DNA of 64,000 nucleotides, taken from contig JBBILD010000003.1 of NCBI GenBank assembly GCA_037445065.1, forward strand, positions 128,001-192,000. Reading direction: 5' to 3'. Of this stretch, positions 1 to 9,695 are shown piece after piece. Made by a program: the position numbers and the translations under genes. Below the pieces are notes generated by a model. The model was not told where the DNA came from, did no database searches, and was given only the letters and a program-made list of their open reading frames with translations. Origin of the DNA: Myxococcales bacterium (GTDB lineage Bacteria > Desulfobacterota > Binatia > HRBIN30). The stretch's first letter is position 1, and the number at the start of each line of letters is the position of its first letter.

Positions 1-460
1 CAAGTAGAGATAGAACCTCTGTTCCATCCTCGAACTGCACTGTAGGTTCGGCCTGGACCAGTTGGCGCAAAACCATTTCGAAGGTCATGCGCCGGATGCC
101 GATCGTGACCAGATCTTCGTCGCCCGGCTCCTGCCGAATCGGCCCCAAAGTTGGCGGAGGCCGATCCAGCGGGCGCATTTCACGAGCCCCAGCAGCAAGC
201 AAAGCGGCGAGCAGGTCGGGGTAACGCTCGCACAGCAAAGCACGCAGGCGGCCCAGAAAGACGTGGGAATGTCGGGCCTGAGGCACGCCCGGCCGGCGCC
301 ACGAGGAGAAGGCAGCGTCTGGCCCTTCCGGAGGCGGTGGATCTTTCTCGAGAACCCGTACTTCCGCTCCGCTCCGCGCTAAAGCTAGCGCTGCAGCCAG
401 GCCCGCGATCCCCCCGCCGATTACCACGGCACGGTAACCACTCAGCGTGCGGTGCAGCAT
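1..460 (-). CDS. FAD-dependent oxidoreductase, N-terminal part (runs off the window start)
   Basis: Not in the ORF track. Manual translation from ATG 460 gives MLHRTLSGYRAVVIGGGIAGLAAALALARSGAEVRVLEKD...RRPGVPQARHSH, with a Rossmann GxGxxG motif. An in-frame alternative ATG lies at 514. Confidence 0.8.
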   Translation of the reverse strand, partial: MLHRTLSGYRAVVIGGGIAGLAAALALARSGAEVRVLEKDPPPPEGPDAAFSSWRRPGVPQARHSHVFLGRLRALLCERYPDLLAALLAAGAREMRPLDRPPPTLGPIRQEPGDEDLVTIGIRRMTFEMVLRQLVQAEPTVQFEDGTEVLSLL

Positions 461-535
461 GGCTTGCGGGCACTCCAACGTCCGCCCGGCTAGCCCCGCC
501 TCGAGCCCGGCCATGAGGGAGTCAGCGCGGGTGCT

Positions 536-1612
536 TTAGCTGGCCAGTGGCAGCATGCTCCGTGCTTCGAACCGGTCTCCCCACAGGATACCGGCCTTGC
601 GATATTTTTCCTCGGTGCGTTCGGTGATCAGTCCGAGCCGAATCAGGTTGGGGATCACTGTGTGCATGTACACTTCGCTGTTGATCTGTGCCCACTGCGG
701 TAACGCATGCAGGGACTGCACGACGGCGTCAGGGTCCAGGCCGTATTTGGGTGCCGCCACCCGGAGGAAATCGAGCTGCTGATTGGCGTTGAGCGTTTCC
801 AGGATATTGAAGGCGAAGTCCTCCATTTCCTCTAGTTCCTCTGGGCTTGCTTCTTTGACGACGCGGCGCATCGTCAGCACCCCGAAGGCCGCGTGGCGTG
901 CCTCATCAATTTGCACCCGCCGCAAGATGTCCTTGATCAGTGGGTTCGAGGCCACACGGACGATCTGGTCGAAAATCGCTACTGCCATGCCCTCGAACAG
1001 GGTCTGCATGCCGAGCATTTTGAGCTTCCAGGTGGGGGCTTCCAGGAGTCGATCGAGGAGGACCTTGAGCGTCGGATCGATCGGGTAAACCGTGCCCAAC
1101 TTGCGTTGCAAGAACTTGGACAACACTTCCACGTGCCGAGCCTCGTCAATCACCTGCGAGGCTGCGTAGAACTTTTGGTCCATCGTTGGGCAGGTATTCG
1201 TGAGCTGGCCGCAAAGCTGGAGGGCCGCCTGCTCACCGTGCAGCAACTGAGAGAGTAAGTGAGCGAACTCCTCGAAAGCGGCTTGCCGGCAGGTTTCTTC
1301 GTCCACGCCCATGGACGTCAGCAGTGTGGGCAGGAGCAACGCGTTCTCGCGCGGGACGAACCATTCGTCGCGAGGAAACGGGATCGACCAATCGACGTCA
1401 GTTTCCGCATTCCACTGGCCCTTTTTCCCTCGTTCGTAAAGAGCCCGCAGTTCCTCGACCTCGCTGCCGTACTCCCAACTCCAGTGCAGCTCGAGGGGGA
1501 CGGGGACGTCGAGTTTTTTGCGCAGCGCAGCAATTTCCTGCTCATCCACGAACTCGACCACTTCGAAGTCGTCCCCTAGTTTGCGCCGGTGGTCCGCCAG
1601 AATCTTTTCCAT
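536..1612 (-). CDS. Ferritin-like diiron protein (AurF / aldehyde-decarbonylase-like superfamily)
   Basis: Diiron ligand pattern GEQAAL...DEARH...FEG...DEARH. Start MEKILADH follows an AGGGAGG SD. Confidence 0.8.
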   Translation of the reverse strand: MEKILADHRRKLGDDFEVVEFVDEQEIAALRKKLDVPVPLELHWSWEYGSEVEELRALYERGKKGQWNAETDVDWSIPFPRDEWFVPRENALLLPTLLTSMGVDEETCRQAAFEEFAHLLSQLLHGEQAALQLCGQLTNTCPTMDQKFYAASQVIDEARHVEVLSKFLQRKLGTVYPIDPTLKVLLDRLLEAPTWKLKMLGMQTLFEGMAVAIFDQIVRVASNPLIKDILRRVQIDEARHAAFGVLTMRRVVKEASPEELEEMEDFAFNILETLNANQQLDFLRVAAPKYGLDPDAVVQSLHALPQWAQINSEVYMHTVIPNLIRLGLITERTEEKYRKAGILWGDRFEARSMLPLAS

Positions 1613-1631
1613 CTCTTCCTCCCTTTTTCCT

Positions 1632-2291
1632 TTACGTGGCCTGGACTGCGGCCACTTGCGGCCGCACCAAGATGCCACCGTACAACAAGGCTTTCACGGC
1701 CTCGCGCCGCTTGCGCACGGCTGCGGGCGCAAACAGCGATTGGCGCAACAGCGTCTCTCCAAACTCCCCCGAAGCAAAGTGGTACACGAGTAAACCGACT
1801 AAGCTTTGCAAGGTGTGCGGAATGCTCGCCAGCCGGAAAACTCCTTGCTCCATGCCCTCGCGCAAAAGCCGCGCCACGTGACTGAACAAGCGCTCGATGG
1901 TCTGATCCACGGCTTTTTCTTCCTCGCTTTCTCCGGCCAAGTCATCATCCTCGAACAGCGAGCGAAGCAGAAGCCGGGCGCGCGTCGGTTGCTCGGCAAG
2001 AGTGTCAATCATGGCATCGAGCCACCGATCGAACCGCTCGAAGGCATCGCCCCCAGCACTGATTGCTTGCAGCGTGCGCTTCTCAAACTCGTGGAGAATG
2101 CGTCCGGCCACCGCCGCGTACAGCTCGGTTTTTCCTCGAAAGTGATGCAGCAGTCCCGACTTGCTGATCCCGGCTGCTTCTGCCAGCTCACGCAAGCCGA
2201 CGCCGGAGAAGCCTCGCCGCGCGAACAATTTTTCCGCGGCGTCGAGAATCTTTTCGCGTGAATCAAGTTCGAGGGCGTTTACCTCGGCCAT
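1632..2291 (-). CDS. TetR/AcrR family transcriptional regulator
   Basis: N-terminal HTH REKILDAAEKLFARRGFSGVGLRELAEAAGISKSGLLHHFRGKTELY. Confidence 0.93.
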   Translation of the reverse strand: MAEVNALELDSREKILDAAEKLFARRGFSGVGLRELAEAAGISKSGLLHHFRGKTELYAAVAGRILHEFEKRTLQAISAGGDAFERFDRWLDAMIDTLAEQPTRARLLLRSLFEDDDLAGESEEEKAVDQTIERLFSHVARLLREGMEQGVFRLASIPHTLQSLVGLLVYHFASGEFGETLLRQSLFAPAAVRKRREAVKALLYGGILVRPQVAAVQAT

Positions 2292-2304
2292 TGCCAACCT
2301 TCCG

Positions 2305-2347
2305 ACCGACCGGTCGGTTGTCTACGTGGGTGGCGCATGCGAGTCAA
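2305..2347 (-). promoter_or_regulatory. Predicted tetR promoter with an overlapping palindromic operator
   Basis: On the minus strand, TTGACT-N17-TAGACA (2347-2319) is immediately followed by the perfect 14-bp palindrome ACCGACCGGTCGGT (2305-2318). Confidence 0.7.
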
Positions 2348-2609
2348 GAGCAGAGGTGTACGCGGAGGGGTTCGTTGCGCGGATGAACGCCTGCGCGCTG
2401 CCGTTGGGCTTTGGGCGAACGGGCCATGCCGGGCGACTTCAGTTGCCTTCCCGCGGGTGCTTGCGGCAGCGGCGCCTCTCGGTCAAGCGCGCGGTACACA
2501 CGCGGGTCGGGATCAAGCGCGAGCGAGGTCCCAACTCCCGAGTGCCCGGGTTGCAGGCCGGTTTTGTGCGGTTCCCGTGGGCGCGTGTGCTTTCGGTGTC
2601 GACGGCCCG

Positions 2610-2846
2610 TTAGGCTTGATCCCGCGAGGAGGGTGGTGGGCGGTCAGTGGGATGCCGCAGCGAATACGCTACCCAAATTCCGAATGCGGCGATCCCGACG
2701 AGCCACTTGAACCACGCCGGTCCGCTGAGCAGCAGGATGAGCCCAATCAAGATCGCCGGGATGCCGATGAGGACTGCGAGCAAGAAGAGAATCACCTGGT
2801 CGAGCAAGCGAGCCGAATCGCGAAATAGCTGTTCCAAGTCGCGCAT
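2610..2846 (-). CDS. Small two-TM membrane protein, hypothetical
   Basis: MRDLEQLFRDSARLLDQVILFLLAVLIGIPAILIGLILLLSGPAWFKWLVGIAAFGIWVAYSLR contains two hydrophobic helices. Confidence 0.55.
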   Translation of the reverse strand: MRDLEQLFRDSARLLDQVILFLLAVLIGIPAILIGLILLLSGPAWFKWLVGIAAFGIWVAYSLRHPTDRPPPSSRDQA

Positions 2847-3378
2847 TTCCAAGAGCCAGCGGAAAGCCAACCAACACTGCCCAAACGCCAGGCCACTACT
2901 TCGTGTGAGTACGGGCCCAATCGCACGGCGCCCGGCCCGGTGTGGTGCACAGTGGGAAGAAGCAGGAAGTTGCATCAATCGTAGTGTGCCGCGACTTGGG
3001 GATAGGAGGCAAGTGGGAGAGGGCGGAAGTGCCAAGGGCGGAGGTGGCCTCCTCCGGCCGCTTTTCGCCGCGGGCCGCCGCGTGTTCCCGCTGCAAAGTG
3101 GGCCGTCCTGATCCAATTGGTTCGAGGGAGAGGGACTCGAATCCTTCCGGGTGTGTGTCTGAGCCATCTCGTGCAGGTGCGCCGCGGAGTCGAGTCCCGT
3201 GGTGGAGCGACCTCGATGGCGAGTGGCCATACCGGCGGCTGGTTAGTTCCGGGAGATGATTCCCGGTGAGCGAAGAGAGGTAGCGATGCGGGTAAACTCC
3301 AGGCACGCGACCTCGGTTGGAGCGGAAGTCGGGGATCACAGGGTGATGCCCGCTGGTGGCGACACCCGTGGCGTCAGC

Positions 3379-5040
3379 TCAGCTTGCGGGGTTGCTGGAG
3401 CAGTCCTGCGCGTTGGGCTTCGGATCTCGAAGGCCGCGGTTCCTTGCCGGAGCGGCGCAGCCCTTTCGCAGCAATTCAACTGCATGCTGCGCCTCCGGCG
3501 CAACCACGGCGATCAGTCGGGTGTTTGCCCGCAAGCGGCTCGTCGCAGTCGGCACCCATTCACGCTTCCCGTCCGAGCAACGGGCGAGAATGCAACCAGG
3601 TGGCAGGCCGAGAGAACGAACCTCTTGTCCGACAAACGGTGCCCCCGGTTCGATGAGAAACTCCACCACGAAGGGCTCGGTGGCCCCCAGAGCTACGCCC
3701 CGAGCGCGTAACTCGCGCTCGAGCAGAGCCTCGTAGATGGGTAGCTCGCGAAAGCCTTCTGCAACGACGTACGCAAAAAAGCAGCTCACGAGAAGCGGAA
3801 GGATTTGGTCGTAATTCCCGGTCATTTCCACAATCAACACGATGCCCGTCAACGGGGCGCGTACGACAGCCGCGAAATAGGCGGCCATTCCAACGACACC
3901 AAAGAGTGCCGGGATGGGTGCCGCGAAGGGAACCATCCTGTGAGCCACATGTCCCACGGTCAGGCCGAGCAGTGCTCCGAGTAGGAGCAAGGGGGCAAAA
4001 ATGCCCCCTGGGACTCCCGTGCCGTAACTGAGCATGGTCAGAACAAAGCGAAGGAAGAATAGCGCCACGATGCTGCTTCCGAGCAGCTCACCCCGCAAGC
4101 TGCGCTCGATTAGGGTCTGTCCGCTACCAGGCAACTCTGGCCAGAGCCATGCCAAGACGCCGATACTACCGCCAACCAGAGCTGCGGCAGCCACGCGCCG
4201 GCGACCAGGGAAACTGTCGAAGCAATCGAGGGTCGCCAGCAAGCAACGATTGAAGAACCAGCCGCCAAGCCCGGCGACAATGCCGAGCACAGCAAAAATC
4301 CCAAGAGCCGACAGTGGCGGCGCCGGGTAGGCTGGTACGGCAAACACGGGAAAGGGGCCGAATCCTACTCGCGCCACGACGTCGCCCACGATGGAAGCAA
4401 CAAATGCGGCGCCGAACACGATCGGCTGGAAGTCACGCCGCACCTCTTCCAACACGAAAATTAGACCGGCGAGTGGCGTATTGAACGCTGCAGCCAACCC
4501 AGCCCCGGCTCCTGCCGCGATGAGAGTGAGACGCTCTTGCTCGGAAACACTGAGCCACCGTGATACAGCATCACCGGCAGCACCGCCCATCTGTACAGTG
4601 GGCCCCTCGCGGCCCAACGCCAAGCCTGCGCCGATCGCTAGAGCGCCTCCAGCGAACTTGACGGGGATAAGCCGCCGCCAGTTGAGGTTGCGGAGGCGGT
4701 GAAATACTGCTTTCAAGTGAGGAATCCCGCTCCCCGCTGCTTCGGGTGCGTAGCGGGTGAGCACGGCCGCAGCGAACGCTCCGAGCGCTCCCCAAGCGCA
4801 GGGCCAGAGCCAACCCCACACGGGAGTGTGCTGGGCCCAGCGCACCAGCTCGTTGCGGAGGATCTCCGCTCCACCCACCGCTGCTCGGAAGAGCAAAGCG
4901 ATCGTCCCGGCCACCAGGCCCACCAGCGCGGCGCGGGGAAAAACCTGTCGGCGTTGTTGCTGTACCAGGAGAAAGTCTTCGAGCTCGGAACGCAGCCGTT
5001 CGTCTCCAGCCCCAGCCTCGCCTGTAGTGCGTTCGCTCAT
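3379..5040 (-). CDS. clcA: ClC-family H+/Cl- exchange transporter with C-terminal TrkA-C (RCK_C) domain
   Basis: Motifs GSGIP, GREGP (gating Glu), FVLEE, GIFAP and PIY. C-terminal GAPFVGQEVRSLGLPPG. Confidence 0.9.
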   Translation of the reverse strand: MSERTTGEAGAGDERLRSELEDFLLVQQQRRQVFPRAALVGLVAGTIALLFRAAVGGAEILRNELVRWAQHTPVWGWLWPCAWGALGAFAAAVLTRYAPEAAGSGIPHLKAVFHRLRNLNWRRLIPVKFAGGALAIGAGLALGREGPTVQMGGAAGDAVSRWLSVSEQERLTLIAAGAGAGLAAAFNTPLAGLIFVLEEVRRDFQPIVFGAAFVASIVGDVVARVGFGPFPVFAVPAYPAPPLSALGIFAVLGIVAGLGGWFFNRCLLATLDCFDSFPGRRRVAAAALVGGSIGVLAWLWPELPGSGQTLIERSLRGELLGSSIVALFFLRFVLTMLSYGTGVPGGIFAPLLLLGALLGLTVGHVAHRMVPFAAPIPALFGVVGMAAYFAAVVRAPLTGIVLIVEMTGNYDQILPLLVSCFFAYVVAEGFRELPIYEALLERELRARGVALGATEPFVVEFLIEPGAPFVGQEVRSLGLPPGCILARCSDGKREWVPTATSRLRANTRLIAVVAPEAQHAVELLRKGCAAPARNRGLRDPKPNAQDCSSNPAS

Positions 5041-5352
5041 GAGAAGCACGGCTCTTCTAAAGTGTGGGAGAGCCAACGTAAACCTGTTCCGCATCGCCTG
5101 GAGCGTGAAGAGGATTGAGGAGTTGAACCGTGGTACGGGCTGCGCTGCACACCGGGGGACGTGCCGAGAATGGTGCGGAGCGAGCCGGGTCCGAAAATGC
5201 CACGAGGGAAGTTGGGAAGTTCTCTTGGTCGGGGCTCGGCCTCTTTGGCGGGTGAGGGAGGCGATGACTCGATCGCACCGTCGGTCCTGTCCCGTGTCTT
5301 CCCAGAGTAGGCGGAAGCAGATAAGTCCTGTGCACCGAAAGCGGTGAGTGGG

Positions 5353-6693
5353 ATGATGAATGCCAAGAACGCTGACGCGCGCGAAATCTATGCGGCGAAG
5401 AAGAAATCCTTGGACGAGGCCATCCGTTTGGTCGGTGCTGCGGACACCTTGGCCTTGCCGATTGCAACCGGCCAGCCGACTGCCTTTTTGAATGCCCTCG
5501 GCAAGCGCGATGATTTTACCGATCTGGTCGTGTTCTCGGCCCTGTTTGTCCAGCCGTACGCACTACTGCAGAAATCAGGGGTACGAGTTGTCTCTGGCTT
5601 CTTTGGCCCGATCGAGCGGATGCTCAAGAGCTTGGGCGCCCGGGTGGACTACTTGCCCGCAGACTTTCTCGGATGGGAACGCTACGCGCGTCTGGCTGCC
5701 CCGCGCGTAATGGCAAGTGCTGTGGCGCCCATGGATGAGCACGGCTTTCTCAACTTTGGCCTGCACGCCGGCGCGACTTTCCATGCATTTCTCGCGGCTG
5801 CGCGCGACCCGAACCGAGTCGCCATTGCAGAAGTCAATACCAACATGCCTCACGTGTATGGCATTGCACGCTGCGGCGGGCATCGCATTCATATTTCCGA
5901 GGTGGACTGCGTGGTCGAGTCCGATGATCCCATTTTCGAATTGCCCTCGGAGCCGATTACCGAGGTGGACCGCGCCATTGCGGAGCATGTGGAGCGGTTG
6001 ATTGACAACGGCGCCACGTTGCAGATCGGCATCGGTGGGGTGCCCAATTTGGTGGCGCAAATGCTCGCCCACGGGAAGAAGGGCGACTTTGGTGTCCACA
6101 CGGAAATGCTGGTGGAGGGCATCATGCACCTGCACGAGGCAGGCAAGGTGAGCAACCACAAGGGTGTGTTCGATGGCTACTCGGTGGCGACCTTTTGCGC
6201 TGGATCCCGGCAACTCTACGATTGGGTCCACCGCAACCCCGAGGTCCGCATGCTCCCCGTGAGCTATGTAAACGACCCCGCCATCATTCGGCGCAATCGC
6301 TCGATGGTAAGCATCAACGGCGCCCTTGCAGTGGACTTGACCGGGCAGGTCATGGCCGACACGATCGGCCCGCGCCAATATTCGGGGGTTGGTGGCCATG
6401 AGCTGTTTGTGATCGGGGCGCATGACAGTCCAGGTGGCAAAAGCATCATTTGCATGCACTCCACGGCGAATTCTTCCGGCGAACGGGTGTCCACCATCGT
6501 TCCTGCGCTCCCGCCCGGCACTCCGGTGACCACACCTCGCCACCATGTGCAGTACGTCATTACCGAGTACGGTGTGGCCCACTTAGCTCTGCTTCCCGAT
6601 CGTGAGCGAGCGTTTGCCCTGGCTGACATCGCTCACCCGGATTACCGAGAGGAGTTGCGCGCGGCGGCCCGGGAGCGGTTCGGAGGGAACTGA
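5353..6693 (+). CDS. Acetyl-CoA hydrolase/transferase family (4-hydroxybutyrate CoA-transferase-like)
   Basis: GATLQIGIGGVP, GVHTEM, SINGALAVDLTGQV, YSGVGG, VITEYGVA, IAHPDYREEL. Confidence 0.92.
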   Translation: MMNAKNADAREIYAAKKKSLDEAIRLVGAADTLALPIATGQPTAFLNALGKRDDFTDLVVFSALFVQPYALLQKSGVRVVSGFFGPIERMLKSLGARVDYLPADFLGWERYARLAAPRVMASAVAPMDEHGFLNFGLHAGATFHAFLAAARDPNRVAIAEVNTNMPHVYGIARCGGHRIHISEVDCVVESDDPIFELPSEPITEVDRAIAEHVERLIDNGATLQIGIGGVPNLVAQMLAHGKKGDFGVHTEMLVEGIMHLHEAGKVSNHKGVFDGYSVATFCAGSRQLYDWVHRNPEVRMLPVSYVNDPAIIRRNRSMVSINGALAVDLTGQVMADTIGPRQYSGVGGHELFVIGAHDSPGGKSIICMHSTANSSGERVSTIVPALPPGTPVTTPRHHVQYVITEYGVAHLALLPDRERAFALADIAHPDYREELRAAARERFGGN

Positions 6694-6739
6694 GGGGCTG
6701 CACGAAGCAGGGCTGGCGATCCACCGGAGGGAGGCGGTC

Positions 6740-6895
6740 ATGTGGTATGCATGTCCTCGGTGTGGAGAAAAGCAACGTGTGAAACCTGCGGCAGGGACTT
6801 GCCCACGCTGTGGCGCTGCCCTGGTGTCGGAGAGCGAAAGCGAAGAACTCGAGCGGGACGCTGATTTGCCGCCGCCCAAGCGACGCCCGCTGTGA
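6740..6895 (+). CDS. 51-aa zinc-ribbon microprotein
   Basis: Strong SD GGAGGGAGG. MWYACPRCGEKQRVKPAAGTCPRCGAALV has two CPRC knuckles. Confidence 0.7.
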   Translation: MWYACPRCGEKQRVKPAAGTCPRCGAALVSESESEELERDADLPPPKRRPL

Positions 6896-6968
6896 AGTGC
6901 TAGCGGGTTCGCTTCGGCCTTGGGACCCGCACGAGCCGTGCACCGGCGTGGGAGAACCTCTTTGGGCA

Positions 6969-6999
6969 GAGAAAGCGCCGGAGGTCCCGGCGCTTTCTC
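6969..6999. terminator. Hairpin between convergent transcripts (probable terminator)
   Basis: Perfect 13-bp inverted repeat GAGAAAGCGCCGG-aggtc-CCGGCGCTTTCTC directly after the tRNA-Arg 3' end. Confidence 0.75.
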
Positions 7000-7002
7000 G
7001 CA

Positions 7003-7076
7003 CGCGCCCTGGCTGATTCGAACAGCCGACCCCAAGATTCGTAGTCTTGTGCTCTATCCAGCTGAGCTAAGGGCGC
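7003..7076 (-). tRNA. tRNA-Arg(ACG)
   Basis: GCGCCCTTAGCTCAGCTGGATAGAGCACAAGA-CTACGAA-TCTTGGGGTCGGCTGTTCGAATCAGCCAGGGCGCG. Full cloverleaf; CCA not encoded. Confidence 0.97.
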
Positions 7077-7191
7077 ACGTGACTGGCCGCTGAAAGCGGC
7101 AGCGCGCGTACCTAACACGCACTCAGAGGGCGCGCAACGGAACCTAACAAGCACCGATAGAGCGCGCGATTAGTTGAGGCCGGCTTGCCCA

Positions 7192-7827
7192 TCACTGGGA
7201 GGAACCCAGGGTAGGAGCACGGGGTACGCTCGTAGCGCTTCCCCCCGACACTGGCGAGCCGCCCGAGCCGTACCAGAGCAGTGGGAGGACCTCCCGAAAG
7301 TACTCGATCCCTGACCACAAGCTCACGCCGAGTGCGAGCCACAAGAAGTACATCCCGATCGCAAAAAAATCGATGCCGAGCAGCGAGTAATGCAGAATGA
7401 GTCCGTGGAGCGCGAACATTTGCAGAATCATTTTGTACTTGCCGAGAGTCTCGGCCTCGACCACCAGACCGTGTGCCAGGGCCACAGCGCGCAGGCCGGT
7501 CACGGCAATCTCGCGCGTGATGACGACCACTGCCATCCACGCGGGCACATGTGGTTCCCGCTCCATTGCGACCAGCATGATGAGCGCGCCCGCCACGACT
7601 AACTTGTCTGCGAGGGGATCGAGAATCTTCCCCAGGGTCGTGGTCTGCCCGTACAACCTCGCCAAATATCCATCTAGAAAGTCCGACAGGCTGGCCAGGA
7701 AAAACGTCACCGCAGCGGCGATACCTGCCTCGATCCCCGGTTTCGTGAGCAGAAGGATGAGGACCGGGATCAGCGCCAGGCGAAGCAGCGTGAAGAGATT
7801 CGGTAACTGAAAAAGCTCCTTCCACAA
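7192..7827 (-). CDS. pgsA: CDP-diacylglycerol--glycerol-3-phosphate 3-phosphatidyltransferase
   Basis: LPNLFTLLR and the CDP-alcohol phosphotransferase motif DFLDGYLAR...GKILDPLADK. Confidence 0.95.
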   Translation of the reverse strand: MWKELFQLPNLFTLLRLALIPVLILLLTKPGIEAGIAAAVTFFLASLSDFLDGYLARLYGQTTTLGKILDPLADKLVVAGALIMLVAMEREPHVPAWMAVVVITREIAVTGLRAVALAHGLVVEAETLGKYKMILQMFALHGLILHYSLLGIDFFAIGMYFLWLALGVSLWSGIEYFREVLPLLWYGSGGSPVSGGSATSVPRAPTLGSSQ

Positions 7828-7839
7828 AGCACGTTCCGC

Positions 7840-8466
7840 TTACTGCTGCGCGAGGCGCTCTTGCAAGTAGCGGTCGCGAAAACGCAGGACGCGCGCAACA
7901 TAATCCCAGGTCTCCGGAAAGGGAGGAATCCCCCCGGCGCGATCCACCGCTCCTTCACCCGCGTTGTAGGCCGCGAGTGCCAGGCGTAAGTTGCCATTGT
8001 AGCGATCCAACAGGTAGCGCAGGTGGCGCACCCCCCCATCGATGTTTTCCCTGGGATCGAACACCCGCGCTACCCCGCGCAAGCGGGCAGTGCCGGGCAT
8101 GAGCTGCATGAGGCCCAAGGCCCCCTTCGGTGAGACCGCGTCGGCTACGAAATCGGATTCGGCGCGGATGACGGCCTTGACCAGCGCCACGTCTACTTGA
8201 TGGCGTTCCGCCGCTTGCCGCACGATGTGGTCGTAGGCCTGATAGCGCTTGGGGTCGACCCAACGTCGGCCCCAACTGGTCCAGCGGGCTGCACGCCACA
8301 CGTCCTTTTCGGAGCGGTAAAAGCGAAAGTGCGGTTCCGCTGGGGCGTTCGAGAAATGCAAAACTCCGCGGCCGTCCCGGTACATGTAAATGTCGGCCTG
8401 CGCCCGCGTTCCGAATGCCAAGGCGCAAGCCGATGCGAGCCATAACCACCAACCTTTCCCTCGCAT
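7840..8466 (-). CDS. Lytic transglycosylase (SLT domain) with N-terminal DUF4124-like segment
   Basis: Signal peptide, ADIYMYRDGRGVLHFSN, then SLT motifs AVIRAES, AVSPKGALGLMQLMP, LAAYNAG and ETWDYV. Confidence 0.92.
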   Translation of the reverse strand: MRGKGWWLWLASACALAFGTRAQADIYMYRDGRGVLHFSNAPAEPHFRFYRSEKDVWRAARWTSWGRRWVDPKRYQAYDHIVRQAAERHQVDVALVKAVIRAESDFVADAVSPKGALGLMQLMPGTARLRGVARVFDPRENIDGGVRHLRYLLDRYNGNLRLALAAYNAGEGAVDRAGGIPPFPETWDYVARVLRFRDRYLQERLAQQ

Positions 8467-8648
8467 GGCTCGGTAACTACTAGGGTCGAAATCCACGGTC
8501 AACCAAAAACTCGCAACTTGGGAAACACGGGCGGAACGCCTGCGTTCGAGTTTGGTTGCGGTCCGACGTGCGACACCGAGGGTGGAGGAACACGTCGCGC
8601 CGGGTGCGGGCTTAGAACGAAAGCCCCGCGCGTACGCTCGGGGATGCG

Positions 8649-9347
8649 TCACGCCAGATCGAAGAGCAGAACCTCCGCGGGCCCAAAAGCGCCAATGGCA
8701 ATTTGTGGTTCCGAGCTAATGGCGGCCCCGTCTCCGGCTTCGAGGCGGTAGTTGCCGACTTCCACAGTTCCACTCGCGACTTGTAGCCACCCAAAGCGGT
8801 GCGGCGCGAAAGCGTGCCGGACTTCCTCACCGGCTTCGAGCCATGCGGCGAAGACATGCGCGTCCTGATGAATCGTAACAGCCGCCGACCCTCCTTCCGG
8901 TGCACCGATCAGGCGCAAGCGGCCGCGCATTGCGTCGCGATCGATCCGCCGCTGCTCGTACCCGGGGGCAAGGCCGGTGCGGTCGGGAACGATCCAAATC
9001 TGCAGGAGATGAACCGGCTCGGCATCGGAGGCATTGAACTCGCTGTGAGTGATGCCGGTACCGGCGGTCATGCGTTGGATTTCGCCTCGCCGGATGAGCG
9101 ATTCGTTCCCGAGACTGTCCCGATGCGCAAGGGTTCCAGAGAGCGGGTAAGTCAGGATTTCCATGTCACGGTGCTGGTGTGGCGCGAACCCACCACTGGG
9201 GGCGATCATGTCTTCGTTGCACACGCGCAGCGAGCGAAAGCCCATCCAGCGCGGGTCGTGATACGAGTCGAAGGAAAACGTATGGTGACTCACCAGCCAG
9301 GTACGCCGCGTGCAGCCACGCTCCTTGCCTTTTCGAATCGCAATCAT
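8649..9347 (-). CDS. Pirin family protein (YhhW-like)
   Basis: HTFSF, GFAPHQHRDMEI, HRDSLGN, QRMTAGTGITHSEFN, LLQIWI. Confidence 0.95.
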   Translation of the reverse strand: MIAIRKGKERGCTRRTWLVSHHTFSFDSYHDPRWMGFRSLRVCNEDMIAPSGGFAPHQHRDMEILTYPLSGTLAHRDSLGNESLIRRGEIQRMTAGTGITHSEFNASDAEPVHLLQIWIVPDRTGLAPGYEQRRIDRDAMRGRLRLIGAPEGGSAAVTIHQDAHVFAAWLEAGEEVRHAFAPHRFGWLQVASGTVEVGNYRLEAGDGAAISSEPQIAIGAFGPAEVLLFDLA

Positions 9348-9695
9348 GGATTCTGTTTGTGTCGAGCTGCTCCTCGGCGAAGCCGGGATGGGAATGATTT
9401 CCTAACCCAATCGCTTCCTGTTGCACAACTCGAAGCGTTCGTTGCGGCGGGCGGGCCGTCGCCCACGCAACGAACGCTGGCAGTTGCTTGCGCGCGCGGT
9501 CCGATGCCCACCGCGGCGGTACCGGACGATGTTGCCTGGAAGCGCTGGCGGGTAGGAATCAGGGTGCTTGCCGTCAGCGGCACGGATTTGGAGCTTGGGC
9601 AGAGTTTTTCCGGCGGAATCCCGGCGCTGTGTGCGCCCGCGCGGGGCCCGCGTTGACGCTGCTCGGCACCGTGCCGTACAGTACAAACCTCGCCA

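Noticed and set aside
3118..3148. Minus-strand GGATTCGAGTCCCTCTCCCTCGAACCA resembles a tRNA 3' end or att remnant
   Set aside because: The T-stem pairs poorly, there is no D or anticodon arm upstream, it matches none of the window's tRNAs, and no integrase is nearby.
5041..5340. Possible fluoride riboswitch ahead of the ClC gene (GGCGATG on the minus strand)
   Set aside because: The complementary TCGCC and downstream consensus are missing. The transporter has canonical GSGIP/GREGP motifs rather than CLC-F motifs.
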